From the NCBI GenBank assembly GCA_947588635.1, contig CANPYN010000002.1:1-40000 (forward strand): a stretch of 40,000 nt of DNA, written 5' to 3'. Positions 17,563 through 27,606 of this stretch are shown here, one piece after another (positions within the stretch are counted from its first letter, which is position 1; the number at the start of each line of letters is the position of its first letter). The notes beneath the pieces were generated by a model that worked only from the letters and a program-made list of their open reading frames with translations, was not told the origin of the DNA and did no database searches. The position numbers and the translations under genes were made by a program. The DNA is from an uncultured Clostridia bacterium. Its GTDB lineage: Bacteria; Bacillota; Clostridia; TANB77; CAG-508.

Positions 17563-18385
17563 ACATTAATATACCATATAATCCACATAGAAGTAACAAT
17601 GATTTATCCTGATATAAAATAGTTGTAGGATCTCCTTCATCGCTTTTTTCAATCATCAAGCAATATTTCATAAAAATAATTGTTATAATAGGTATTGTTA
17701 TAATTAAATATTTTATATTTTGCTCAATAGTCCAAAGTGAATAAAATACCAATGTTAATGCTAAACATAAATATTGAAATTTGTCTAAAAAAGATGCATT
17801 ATATTCTTTTAAAACCTCTCTTACATTTTCTTTTTGCTCCATTTCTTTCTTTCTCTTTCCTAATCCTAAAAATAAGGATGCATTTAATACAGTTAAAAAT
17901 AACCAATTTGATACTTGAACATCTACTAAACTTGCTCCATAATAAATTCTAATAATATAACTGGTTGCTAAAATCATTACATCCCATATAATTAAATTTT
18001 TAAACCCAAAACTATATAAAATATTTATAATTAAATATCCTAATAACCAAAAAAATGGAATATTAATTATATTACCATTTACTATTGTATTAATTATTAG
18101 TGAACAAGAAATCATTAATATTGCAATAACAGTTGCAGTATTCTTTTTAATTCTACCACTAGGCAAAGGTCTGTTTCTTTTTCGTGAGTGCATTTTATCT
18201 TTTTCTAAATCTTTCAAATCATTTATAATATAAATAAATGATGATAAAAAGCAAAAAGAAATCCATCCTAAACAGCAACGTAATATATTATTACAATCTA
18301 ATATTCGAGCTGAAATTATTGGAATAAATATTAAAATATTTTTAATCCAATGTTTTATTCTAATTAAATCCAAATATTTTTTCAT
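17543..18385 (-). CDS. UbiA-family prenyltransferase, decaprenyl-phosphate phosphoribosyltransferase-like
   Basis: 280 aa with 8-9 TM helices. First Asp-rich motif NDLKDLEKD and RNRPLPSG, as in UbiA-superfamily polyprenyl-phosphate 5-phosphoribosyltransferases (Rv3806c type). Confidence 0.65.
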   Translation of the reverse strand: MKKYLDLIRIKHWIKNILIFIPIISARILDCNNILRCCLGWISFCFLSSFIYIINDLKDLEKDKMHSRKRNRPLPSGRIKKNTATVIAILMISCSLIINTIVNGNIINIPFFWLLGYLIINILYSFGFKNLIIWDVMILATSYIIRIYYGASLVDVQVSNWLFLTVLNASLFLGLGKRKKEMEQKENVREVLKEYNASFLDKFQYLCLALTLVFYSLWTIEQNIKYLIITIPIITIIFMKYCLMIEKSDEGDPTTILYQDKSLLLLCGLYGILMCGLLVY

Positions 18386-18488
18386 TTATATATCATTCCT
18401 CTAATATGTTTTATAGTAAGTAAAATATCTAAAATTTTTTATACAAAATTTTCATTTATTCTTTTTATAATTAATTGTTTGCATAGCG

Positions 18489-18518
18489 ATTATAGCATTA
18501 ATAAATTAAAATTGTCAA
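18489..18518 (-). promoter_or_regulatory. Sigma-A-type promoter upstream of the UbiA/HAD/YfhO genes
   Basis: On the minus strand: TTGACA, an 18-nt spacer, then TATAAT (plus-strand coordinates 18513-18518 and 18489-18494). Confidence 0.55.
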
Positions 18519-18553
18519 TAAAGTGATTTTATATTACATTATTGATTTTATTT

Positions 18554-19621
18554 TTATTCAGCAGTATATCCAGTCTTATTAACTATCTTTTCACTTATTT
18601 CCTTAACTGTATCTGTAGGATTATAATCTACCTGTCCAAATACTTCTTCATGTAGTTGTTTTACATTAGATTCTAGTGTAACTGGAATTCCATACCATCT
18701 ATCCATTGTCTTACCTTTTGTATCATATGGCCATCCTATACTACCTTGTACATTATAAGACATAACTTGAGTAATAAGTGATAGTATCTCGTTTTGAGTT
18801 ATATTTGTTTGTATTTTAGGTAACATCGTATCTGCTATTTTATTTATATTTGATATACTCATTTTCTTAACTTTGCTAAATGTTTCTGTTAGTACTGTCC
18901 TCATACGTTCTGTTCTTTTATAATCTCCTCCTGCTGTTTTTCTAATTCTTGAATATGTTACTGCCTGTACTCCATCTAATGTTTGCACACCAGAATGAGT
19001 TAATTTATTAGATGACATTCCTGTATTTTTTGATGTGTCTGTAATGTATTTATTCATTTGAGATAATTCTGAATCCTTAATATCAATTTCTATTCCGCCT
19101 ATCATATCAACTATCTCTGCAACCACTTCGAAATTAACAGTAACAAATTCAGTTATATTTAAATCTAAATTTTTATTTAATGTACTAATAGTTAATGCTG
19201 GGCCTTCATAAGCATGTGCATGTGTAACCTTATCTAATCCATAGTCTTCACCTAAATCTAAGTATGTATCTCTATATACTGAAATAAGCTTAACATCTTT
19301 CGTTTCTTTATTAATACTTACAATAATTATTGCATCACTTCTAGACCCATCATTTGTAGTAACATCTCTTGTATCTACTCCCAAAAGTGCAATATTTCTA
19401 TAATTTTTTAATGATTCCGCAATACCTTTATTCATATTTATATCCTCTAAAGGTATATATACATATTCAATTTTATTTAACTTACTCTTGATAAATCCAG
19501 CTATTATTCCTGCTATTATTAATATTAAAACTACCAATATTAATAATACTTTTTTCCATGTTTTTTTCTTTCCTTTTTTATTATTTTTTACTCTATTTGT
19601 ACTATGTTTACCTATTCCCAT
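18554..19621 (-). CDS. LytR-CpsA-Psr (LCP) family glycopolymer-peptidoglycan ligase
   Basis: N-terminal basic tail plus a single TM, then LLGVDTRD...SDAIIIVSINKETKDVKLISVYRDTY...HAYEGP. Confidence 0.85.
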   Translation of the reverse strand: MGIGKHSTNRVKNNKKGKKKTWKKVLLILVVLILIIAGIIAGFIKSKLNKIEYVYIPLEDINMNKGIAESLKNYRNIALLGVDTRDVTTNDGSRSDAIIIVSINKETKDVKLISVYRDTYLDLGEDYGLDKVTHAHAYEGPALTISTLNKNLDLNITEFVTVNFEVVAEIVDMIGGIEIDIKDSELSQMNKYITDTSKNTGMSSNKLTHSGVQTLDGVQAVTYSRIRKTAGGDYKRTERMRTVLTETFSKVKKMSISNINKIADTMLPKIQTNITQNEILSLITQVMSYNVQGSIGWPYDTKGKTMDRWYGIPVTLESNVKQLHEEVFGQVDYNPTDTVKEISEKIVNKTGYTAE

Positions 19622-19777
19622 TATTTTCTTCTCCTATATTTATATTATTAATTTTACTATATTTTTAATTGTGTTATTAATACCTGTATAACGTACTGTT
19701 TTACTTCTTTTACATAACCATTTTATGTTTGTAAATTTCTTTTGACACTCTTATAAAATGTATTACACGTAATACAC

Positions 19778-20740
19778 TTACATTAAATATTGCTCATTAT
19801 TTAAATACCAATTTATTGTTTTTATTATTCCGTCTTCAAATTTTGTTTTTGGTCTCCAACCCAACTCATTATTTATTTTTGTTGGATCTATAGCATACCT
19901 AAAATCATGACCTTTTCTATCTTGAACAAATGAAATAAGACTTTCTGATTTTCCTAATTGTTTTAATATTAATTTAACTATGTCAATATTTCTCTTTTCA
20001 TTATGTCCTCCTATATTATATCTTTCTCCTGCTTTCCCATTATGTAATACTAAATCTATAGCTTCACAATGGTCCTCTACATATAACCAATCTCTTACAT
20101 TCATTCCTTTTCCGTATACTGGTAACTTTTCATTATTAATAGCCAGTTTAATCATATGCGGAATTAGTTTTTCATTATGCTGATATGGTCCATAATTATT
20201 AGAGCAGTTTGTAACTGTAACATTCATTTTAAATGTTTCATGATATGCCAATGCAATTAAATCTGAACTTGCCTTTGATGCTGAATATGGACTACTAGGA
20301 TTAATTGGTGATTTTTCTGTAAAATATCCTGTTTCTTTTAAAGCTCCATATACTTCATCTGTTGATATATGTACAAATTTATTTTTGCTACCTTCACCCC
20401 ATACATTTCTTGCTGCTTCCAATAATGTATGTGTTCCCAATACATTCGTTTTAGTAAATATAAAAGGTTCTTTAATACTATTATCTACATGTGATTCCGC
20501 TGCAAAGTGAACAATTGCATTTATTTTATATTTTTTTAATATATCTATTACTAAGTTATAATCACAAATATCTCCCTTTACAAATTTTATGCTATTAATT
20601 ACATTATTTAAGTTATTAATATTTCCTGCATATGTTAGTTTATCTAAGACTACAATTTTGTATTCAGGGTATTTTTTCACCATAAACTCGATAAAATTAC
20701 TACCTATAAATCCAGCTGCTCCTGTTACTAAGATTTGCAT
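19778..20740 (-). CDS. rfbB: dTDP-glucose 4,6-dehydratase
   Basis: [40 protein letters not shown] (YxxxK). Confidence 0.9.
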   Translation of the reverse strand: MQILVTGAAGFIGSNFIEFMVKKYPEYKIVVLDKLTYAGNINNLNNVINSIKFVKGDICDYNLVIDILKKYKINAIVHFAAESHVDNSIKEPFIFTKTNVLGTHTLLEAARNVWGEGSKNKFVHISTDEVYGALKETGYFTEKSPINPSSPYSASKASSDLIALAYHETFKMNVTVTNCSNNYGPYQHNEKLIPHMIKLAINNEKLPVYGKGMNVRDWLYVEDHCEAIDLVLHNGKAGERYNIGGHNEKRNIDIVKLILKQLGKSESLISFVQDRKGHDFRYAIDPTKINNELGWRPKTKFEDGIIKTINWYLNNEQYLM

Positions 20741-21612
20741 GGTTTTACCTCCTCTGTTAAAGACATTATGTATTTACCATATTCAGTCTTTTTTAATTCC
20801 TTTCCTAATTCTCTTAATTGTTCTTTTGTTATAAATCCTCTATTATATGCTATTTCTTCTATACAAGATATATAAAATCCCTGTCTTGTTTGTATTGCCT
20901 CAATATATTCAGAGGCATTTAACATACCAGTTGCAGTACCTGTATCAAACCAAGCCATTCCTCTTCCAAAAAGAATTACTTCAAGATTATTTCTTTTTAA
21001 ATACTCATTATTCACCTCTGTTATTTCTATTTCTCCTCTTGCTGATGGTTTTATATTTTTTGCTATTTCCACAACATCATTATCATAAAAATATAGTCCT
21101 GGCACAGCATAGTTAGATTTTGGAATTTTTGGTTTTTCTTCTATGGATATTACTTTGTTATTTTCATCAAATTCTACAACACCAAAGTCACATGGATTTT
21201 TTACAGGATATCCAAATATCTTTGCACCTTTCTTTAATTTTCTTCCTTCTTCCATTAAGTTTGTAAGTGCTTGTCCATAAAAAACATTGTCTCCTAATAT
21301 TAAACAAACCGAATCTTTTCCAATAAAATCTTCTCCTAAAATAAAAGCTTCTGCTAGTCCTTTCGGAGCATCCTGAATTTTATATTCCAAATGAATTCCT
21401 AATTTGCTTCCATCTCCTAATAATTCTGCATATTGATCTATAGATTCTGGTGTAGATATAATCAATATTTCTCTTATTCCTGCCAATAATAATGTTGATA
21501 ATGGATAGTATATCATTGGTTTATCATATAATGGTAATAATTGTTTAGATACTACCTTTGTCATAGGATACAATCTTGTTCCTTTTCCTCCTGCTAAGAT
21601 TATTCCCTTCAT
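20728..21612 (-). CDS. rfbA: Glucose-1-phosphate thymidylyltransferase
   Basis: [26 protein letters not shown], and the full-length RmlA pattern. Confidence 0.92.
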   Translation of the reverse strand: MKGIILAGGKGTRLYPMTKVVSKQLLPLYDKPMIYYPLSTLLLAGIREILIISTPESIDQYAELLGDGSKLGIHLEYKIQDAPKGLAEAFILGEDFIGKDSVCLILGDNVFYGQALTNLMEEGRKLKKGAKIFGYPVKNPCDFGVVEFDENNKVISIEEKPKIPKSNYAVPGLYFYDNDVVEIAKNIKPSARGEIEITEVNNEYLKRNNLEVILFGRGMAWFDTGTATGMLNASEYIEAIQTRQGFYISCIEEIAYNRGFITKEQLRELGKELKKTEYGKYIMSLTEEVKPCKS

Positions 21613-21646
21613 TTGAATACCTCCTATTTTATTATATATAATTTAT

Positions 21647-21991
21647 CTATATAGAATAAATAAATATTCCTATTAGTATTATAAATAGTCCAATTAATTT
21701 TTTTTTCTTTATTTTTTCTTTTAAAAAATAATAACTTAGTATTGCTACAAATAAATACTCCAAAGTTCCTAATATTGGTCCAAATGATAATGGTAAATAC
21801 TTATATGATAGAACCGTACATAGAGTTGCTATAAAAAACACCGAGTATGAAATTATTGTTTTCCAATTTAAATATTCTTTTATTATATTTTCCTTTTTTA
21901 TATCTGCGGATTTTTTTAATAATACCTGTGCAACAGCTGATATTATAACTCCAAAAATATATATACCTGTATATAAAATTATATTATTCAT
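21647..21991 (-). CDS. Small 4-TM EamA/SMR-like membrane protein (ArnE/ArnF-like flippase subunit candidate)
   Basis: 114 aa with four hydrophobic helices. It is paired and overlapping with a second small 4-TM gene, directly downstream of the polyprenyl-P GT2. Confidence 0.5.
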   Translation of the reverse strand: MNNIILYTGIYIFGVIISAVAQVLLKKSADIKKENIIKEYLNWKTIISYSVFFIATLCTVLSYKYLPLSFGPILGTLEYLFVAILSYYFLKEKIKKKKLIGLFIILIGIFIYSI

Positions 21992-22337
21992 CTGCCATCA
22001 CCACCAAGCTTACACCTATAAGAACAATTAAAGCTCCTATTATCATTTGAATTTTTATAGTTTCATTAAAAAATAATGCACCCCAAACAATTCCCCATAT
22101 AATAGTTATTGATTTATTTAGAAAGGCCGTTGTTAATGTAAATTTTTTTAATATTTGTTGCCATAACAATGCATATATTCCTAAAATAATTATAGATATT
22201 CCATAAAATAAGCAAAATTTAAATGATAAAAATGGATTACTTGCTGCCAATTTTGAAAACACACTACAAAAGGAAAATATAAGCAGTAGTATATGTAATA
22301 ACATATAATCTTTAAATTTAGATTTTGTTTTTTTCAT
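21984..22337 (-). CDS. Small 4-TM EamA/SMR-like membrane protein (ArnE/ArnF-like flippase subunit candidate)
   Basis: 117 aa with four hydrophobic helices. It has an ATGA overlap with the GT2 gene and an 8-nt overlap with its partner. Confidence 0.5.
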   Translation of the reverse strand: MKKTKSKFKDYMLLHILLLIFSFCSVFSKLAASNPFLSFKFCLFYGISIIILGIYALLWQQILKKFTLTTAFLNKSITIIWGIVWGALFFNETIKIQMIIGALIVLIGVSLVVMADE

Positions 22338-23290
22338 TTTATCTCCTCTGTTTCTTCATCAATGTTATATTTTTCTTTTATTACATATTGTGGAGAATTA
22401 TTTATACATATATATATTCTACCTATATATTCACCAATCAACCCTAACATTAACATTATTATTCCACCAATAAATAATAATGTTGCCATTAATGAACTAT
22501 ATCCTGGAATAATTGAATTATGTATTATAATTTTATGAATTATTATATATATTCCATAAATAAAACCTATCATTGCAATTAAAAATCCTATTACTGTTGC
22601 TATTCTTAAAGGTTTTACTGAAAATGCTGTAAATCCATTTATCCATAATTTTAACATTTTTTTAAATGTAAAATTCGTATTGCCTGATATTCTTTCTCTT
22701 TCTTCCATTTCTATATTTACAATATCACTTGTTGTTCTAAGTAATAGTCCAGTCATATATGGATATGGATTTTTATATTTTATTATCTCATCAACAATAT
22801 ATTTTTTTATTGCTGTAAAATTAGTAAAATTTAGATCTTTAGGTTTTTCCATCACTATTTCAGTCATTTTTCTATTTACTATAGTTCCAAAACTTTTAAA
22901 TAAACTCTGTTTATACTTTGGATATTTTGCAATGGATACATCATGTCCATCTTCTAATGGTTTTATTAAATTCCACAAATTTTCCATTGGACATTGCCCA
23001 TCATCATCCATTAAAATAATGTAATCACCTGTGGCATGATACATTCCCGCCATTAATGCGCTTGGTCTATTCATGTTTTTTGCAAGAGAAATAATTTTTA
23101 CTTTATGATTATTTTGTGCTATTTTTTTTAGTACGTTCCAAACATTATCTGGTGAATTATCATTAACTGCAATAACTTCATAATCATAATCTTCCTTTTT
23201 TTCTGTAACTATCTTCTCTATTTCTTCAATTACTATTTCTATTGTTTTTTCACTTCCATAACAAGGAATAATGAAGCTAATCTTTTTCAT
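22334..23290 (-). CDS. GT2 polyprenyl-phosphate glycosyltransferase (ArnC/GtrB/CsbB-like)
   Basis: SFIIPCYGSEKTI, VNDNSPDN, the DDDGQCP (DxD) motif, and two C-terminal TM helices (ATVIGFLIAMIGFIYGIYIII, LLFIGGIIMLMLGLIGEYIGRIY). Confidence 0.75.
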   Translation of the reverse strand: MKKISFIIPCYGSEKTIEIVIEEIEKIVTEKKEDYDYEVIAVNDNSPDNVWNVLKKIAQNNHKVKIISLAKNMNRPSALMAGMYHATGDYIILMDDDGQCPMENLWNLIKPLEDGHDVSIAKYPKYKQSLFKSFGTIVNRKMTEIVMEKPKDLNFTNFTAIKKYIVDEIIKYKNPYPYMTGLLLRTTSDIVNIEMEERERISGNTNFTFKKMLKLWINGFTAFSVKPLRIATVIGFLIAMIGFIYGIYIIIHKIIIHNSIIPGYSSLMATLLFIGGIIMLMLGLIGEYIGRIYICINNSPQYVIKEKYNIDEETEEIK

Positions 23291-23294
23291 TTTG

Positions 23295-24287
23295 TTACTC
23301 CTTTATAAATCTATTTAATTCCATCTCTTTTTTATAATCTTCTAAATATTTAATATAAGTATATTCTGGTTCATACCCTAAATCATCTTTTATATTTTGG
23401 ATATCCATTACAAAATCATCACAATCTTTTTTTTCTGGACACTCTATAATCTTTGAAGGTTTATCCTTTGGAGAAAACACCTTTATAATCCCCTCTATCT
23501 GTTCCTTCATTGTTGTTTTTATTCCTGTTCCTGCATTGTAGTATCCAGATTCTAAATCAGCAAATAATGCTTTAAAAATCATCTGATTTAAATCTTTAAC
23601 ATATATAATATCTTTTCCAAGTTTAGGATTACCCCACATTTCAATATCCTCACCTTTTATTGCTTTTTGAATCATATATCTATAAGAAATATATTTTTTC
23701 TCTCCATTAACAAAATAAAACATATCTGGGGTATACATATAAATATTTGGCAATTTAAATATAAAATTTTTTAATCCATACATATGATGATAACATTCAA
23801 TCAACTCCACTGCCGCACACTTAGTTACAGTATAAATAGCATGGTCTCCTGTATATATAGGCTTTCTTGGAACCCTTGGTTTTAGTGGTTCTTTATCTTT
23901 TAAGTATCCATTTAATTCGGCCCATGTGTGTGTATATATTATTCTATCTGTATTTGTTTTTCTACAATATTCTAAAACATTTAATGTACCATTTACATTA
24001 ACATCTACATATTTGTGAGGATCATCTTTTTCTAGATAAGCTGGAAGGACCCCAGCAAAGTCTATTACAGCATAAACATTCTTTTTAGGCAATTTCTCAA
24101 AATCTTCCTCTTTTGAAATATCAATTTGTATATATTTTCCTTTATAAAATTTGTATGGATAATTTTTTCTTGTTCCAACCGCTATAATTTCATATTTATC
24201 CATATTTAAATTATTTAATAAATGGTCTAAAAAATACATGCCTAAGTTTCCCGCAGATCCAAATACTATTATTTTTTGTTTCTCCAT
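23295..24287 (-). CDS. NAD-dependent epimerase/dehydratase (SDR) family protein
   Basis: N-terminal Rossmann motif VFGSAGNLGMY and YTVTKCAAE (YxxxK). Confidence 0.65.
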   Translation of the reverse strand: MEKQKIIVFGSAGNLGMYFLDHLLNNLNMDKYEIIAVGTRKNYPYKFYKGKYIQIDISKEEDFEKLPKKNVYAVIDFAGVLPAYLEKDDPHKYVDVNVNGTLNVLEYCRKTNTDRIIYTHTWAELNGYLKDKEPLKPRVPRKPIYTGDHAIYTVTKCAAVELIECYHHMYGLKNFIFKLPNIYMYTPDMFYFVNGEKKYISYRYMIQKAIKGEDIEMWGNPKLGKDIIYVKDLNQMIFKALFADLESGYYNAGTGIKTTMKEQIEGIIKVFSPKDKPSKIIECPEKKDCDDFVMDIQNIKDDLGYEPEYTYIKYLEDYKKEMELNRFIKE

Positions 24288-24306
24288 TTCGTTCTCTCCT
24301 CATAAG

Positions 24307-25413
24307 TTATTCTATTGTTATATAATATCCTACTCTTGTAGAACTATCTACAGTCTTTCCCAAATTATTAATATCAAGTTTGCTTATTCTATACAATATG
24401 TCTGGATTTTTTTCCTTTAAATCTTCTAATTCTTGTATATCTTCTTTGTTAAATATAAATTTTATTTTTGCTATTTTAGGAGAACAAACTTGATTAAATG
24501 ATGGTTCATTTCCACAAGCAACTTCTATAACCATTTTTGTAAAATCATATCCTGTAGAAAGTCTCACTAAATCTGAGCCTATACAATCTCCTCCCATTCT
24601 TGCTCCTATTTCAATAATTCCAATATTTCCATCCTTATTTATTTTAAATTCTGTATGACTTGCCCCATTAACTATTCCTAAAGCATCTAGTGCACTAAAA
24701 ATTTCCTCTTTTATTGATTTCTGATATTTGAATTCTATATCAGCTGGCTCCATATGTCCTGTCTCTATAAAATTAGGAGAGCCTGTAGTGTATTTTTTAG
24801 TAAATGCTAAAAAATAATGTTTCCCTTTGTATGAAATACATTCACAGCTATATTCATCACCCTCAATATATTCTTCTATAATTGCACTTTTTTCAAATGA
24901 CTCTTTATTAGCTTTTTTTATAGCAGTATTTAAATCTTTTTCACTAAATATTTTAGTAATACCTCTACTTCCTGATCTGTCTGTAGGTTTAACAATCATC
25001 GGAAACTTTAAATCTTTAATATCTATATTCTCACAATCTAAATTTACTTTTATAAATCCAGGTGTTCTAATATTATGTTTTTTCATCTGTTTTCTCATTT
25101 CATATTTATTAGTACATTGTTTCGTTATTTTATAAGGATTACATGGTAAATTTAATTTTTCTGCAACATAATTAACTGTTATTGTTGCTAAGTCTGATGC
25201 AATTGAACATATTCCTGTTGGATTAATTTTTTTACAAACCTCCAGAATTTGTTCTTTTTCAGTTATACTTATGGGATAAAAGTAATCTGCAGTTTTTTCT
25301 CCTATATCTCCTGACTCCCATGCAAATACATGCGTTTCATATCCCATTTCTTTTGCTTTTAATATTAATTGATTTTGAAAATCATTTGCTCCAATTATTA
25401 CTAATTTTTTCAT
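24307..25413 (-). CDS. ATP-grasp domain ligase
   Basis: 368 aa with FPMIVKPTDRSGSRGI and EEYIEGDEYSCE, plus a C-terminal IEIGARMGGD motif typical of the ATP-grasp fold. Confidence 0.7.
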   Translation of the reverse strand: MKKLVIIGANDFQNQLILKAKEMGYETHVFAWESGDIGEKTADYFYPISITEKEQILEVCKKINPTGICSIASDLATITVNYVAEKLNLPCNPYKITKQCTNKYEMRKQMKKHNIRTPGFIKVNLDCENIDIKDLKFPMIVKPTDRSGSRGITKIFSEKDLNTAIKKANKESFEKSAIIEEYIEGDEYSCECISYKGKHYFLAFTKKYTTGSPNFIETGHMEPADIEFKYQKSIKEEIFSALDALGIVNGASHTEFKINKDGNIGIIEIGARMGGDCIGSDLVRLSTGYDFTKMVIEVACGNEPSFNQVCSPKIAKIKFIFNKEDIQELEDLKEKNPDILYRISKLDINNLGKTVDSSTRVGYYITIE

Positions 25414-25414
25414 T

Positions 25415-26461
25415 TTATCCCTCTTTTATAGATTTTTTTATAAGTAAATCATATTTTAAAATTGTTTGTAATTTTTTTATTAATATTGCAATAGCCCAAC
25501 ATATAAATATTACAGCAATTAATCTATATATTTTTTCCGAAAATCTTATTGATTTCATCGAAGTAATTATTATACTGTGAAATAGGTATATGTCCGAAGA
25601 ATATATCCCTAACTCATATAATATATTTGATAGTATTGGTATTCTTGACAAAATACAAATACTAAGTCCAATAATAGATATAGCCCAAAATGAATCTACT
25701 ACTAATGCAAATTTACTTCTAATAAAAAACATTATTATTAATATAATAATTGAAACAATAATAGAAATCCACGTCTTTTCTTTAGAAAATTTAACTAGTT
25801 TATTAAATATTTTATATTGTGCACAAAAAATTCCTAATTCAAATGAAAATAAATAGAATATTTCTCTGTCAGTATGCCAATTCCATCCTTTATATATATA
25901 ATATACAATCCAAGGCAAATACAATATACCTAATAATACTATTGAAATTTTTTTATTTTTACTTGTAATCTTATGTAATAATGGAAACATTAAATAACAT
26001 ATGAAAATTGCTTCCATGTACCACCATACCCCATTTATAGTAGGTGTTTGTATAATAAAATTCTGTAGCCCTAACATATCTTTTAATGCATAAAATATAC
26101 CTGTAACTCCACCGCCATATATATTTACTATTCCCTTACCTTCTAATATTCTAATTATAACACAGAAAAAATATATAAATACAAACGAAAGCCATAGCTT
26201 TATTATATGATTTCGCACAAAGTATTTATGATTTTCTTTTTTATTCCAACTAATTGTTAATCCATAACCACTTAATATAGTAAATAAACAAACACAAACT
26301 TTAGCTGATGAACCTATTAGCTTTTCAATATTATTTAATGACACTTCGACTTGTAATCCAGCATTATTATTAAATAAATGATGTACTATCATTAAAATGA
26401 TTGCAGCTCCTTTAACTATTCTAGTCAGCCTTATAGAAAATACATTATTTTCTTCTTCCAT
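25415..26461 (-). CDS. Acyltransferase family 3 (membrane O-acyltransferase)
   Basis: 348 aa with about 10 TM helices. The N-terminus RIVKGAAIILMIVHH resembles the AT3 motif. Confidence 0.6.
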   Translation of the reverse strand: MEEENNVFSIRLTRIVKGAAIILMIVHHLFNNNAGLQVEVSLNNIEKLIGSSAKVCVCLFTILSGYGLTISWNKKENHKYFVRNHIIKLWLSFVFIYFFCVIIRILEGKGIVNIYGGGVTGIFYALKDMLGLQNFIIQTPTINGVWWYMEAIFICYLMFPLLHKITSKNKKISIVLLGILYLPWIVYYIYKGWNWHTDREIFYLFSFELGIFCAQYKIFNKLVKFSKEKTWISIIVSIIILIIMFFIRSKFALVVDSFWAISIIGLSICILSRIPILSNILYELGIYSSDIYLFHSIIITSMKSIRFSEKIYRLIAVIFICWAIAILIKKLQTILKYDLLIKKSIKEG

Positions 26462-26471
26462 ATTTTCTCCT

Positions 26472-27593
26472 TCATTTATTACTATAAAACAATTTTATAT
26501 TATCACACACTACTTTTATTTCTTCTTTTTTTAATCCATAATACATTGGAAGTCTTAGTAATCTTTCGCTTTCTTTAGTTGTATATTTGTCCTCTCCATT
26601 AAATCTTCCATATCTTATTCCTGCTGGTGCCGAATGTAATGGTATATAATGAAATACTGTTGTAATTTCCTTTTCTTTTAAAAATTTAATTAAACTCGTT
26701 CTTTCATTCACATCTTTTACTTTTATATAAAACATGTGTGCATTATGTTCACATCCCTCTGGAATCGTTGGTAAGTCTATTTGTTTAATATCTTTTAAAT
26801 TTTCGTAATATATATTCCAAGAATTGAGTCTATCATTATTTATCTCGTCGGCTACTTCTAATTGAGCATATAAATGAGCAGCATTTATATCACTTGGTAA
26901 ATATGATGAGCCCGTATCTACCCAAGTGTATTTATCTACTTGTCCTCTTAAAAATTTACTTCTATCTGTACCCTTTTCTCTTATTATTTCTCCTCTTTCA
27001 TATATTTTAGGATCTTTAATTATTATTCCTCCGCCTTCTCCCATACTGTAGTTTTTAGTTTCATGAAAGCTATAACATCCAAAGTCTCCTATCGTTCCTA
27101 AATATTTTCCTTTATATTTGCTCATAACTCCTTGTGCAGCATCTTCTATTACTTTTAATTTATACTTATTTGCTATCTCCATAATTTTATCCATTTCACA
27201 TGACACTCCTGCATAATGTACTGGAACAATAGCCTTCGTTCTATTTGTTATAGCTGCTTCTATTAAGTTTTCATCTATATTCATTGTGTCTGGTCTTATA
27301 TCTACAAAAACAATTTTCGCACCTCTTAAAATAAAAGCATTTGCAGTTGATGAAAATGTATATGAAGGCATTATTACTTCGTCACCCGGTTCTATTTCAG
27401 CTAATACTGCTGCCATCTCTAAAGCATCTGTACCAGACGTAGTTAATAATACCTTATTATTAATTTTTTCTAAAAACCATTTATTGCATTTTTTTGTAAA
27501 TTCTCCATCTCCGCATATTTTTTTATTTTCTATTGCTTTAACTATATATTCTTTTTCTTTTCCTACATATGGTGGAATATTAAAACTTATCAT
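26472..27593 (-). CDS. wecE: dTDP-4-amino-4,6-dideoxy-hexose aminotransferase (WecE/RffA-like, DegT family)
   Basis: Near-collinear with E. coli WecE as I recall it: FNIPPYVG, KICGDGEFT, PGDEVIMPSYTFSSTANAFILRGAKIVFVDIRPDTMNIDE, VPVHYAGV, FHETKNY (PLP Lys), HMFYIK, YTTKESERLLRLP. Confidence 0.85.
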   Translation of the reverse strand: MISFNIPPYVGKEKEYIVKAIENKKICGDGEFTKKCNKWFLEKINNKVLLTTSGTDALEMAAVLAEIEPGDEVIMPSYTFSSTANAFILRGAKIVFVDIRPDTMNIDENLIEAAITNRTKAIVPVHYAGVSCEMDKIMEIANKYKLKVIEDAAQGVMSKYKGKYLGTIGDFGCYSFHETKNYSMGEGGGIIIKDPKIYERGEIIREKGTDRSKFLRGQVDKYTWVDTGSSYLPSDINAAHLYAQLEVADEINNDRLNSWNIYYENLKDIKQIDLPTIPEGCEHNAHMFYIKVKDVNERTSLIKFLKEKEITTVFHYIPLHSAPAGIRYGRFNGEDKYTTKESERLLRLPMYYGLKKEEIKVVCDNIKLFYSNK

Positions 27594-27606
27594 TTATCTC
27601 CTCCTG

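Noticed and set aside
19746-19777. The inverted repeat TGTATTAC-GT-GTAATACA after rfbB could be a terminator or operator.
   Set aside because: The stem is short (7-8 bp, all A/T-rich) with a minimal loop. The following TTTTAT is weak, and there is no evidence beyond the palindrome itself.
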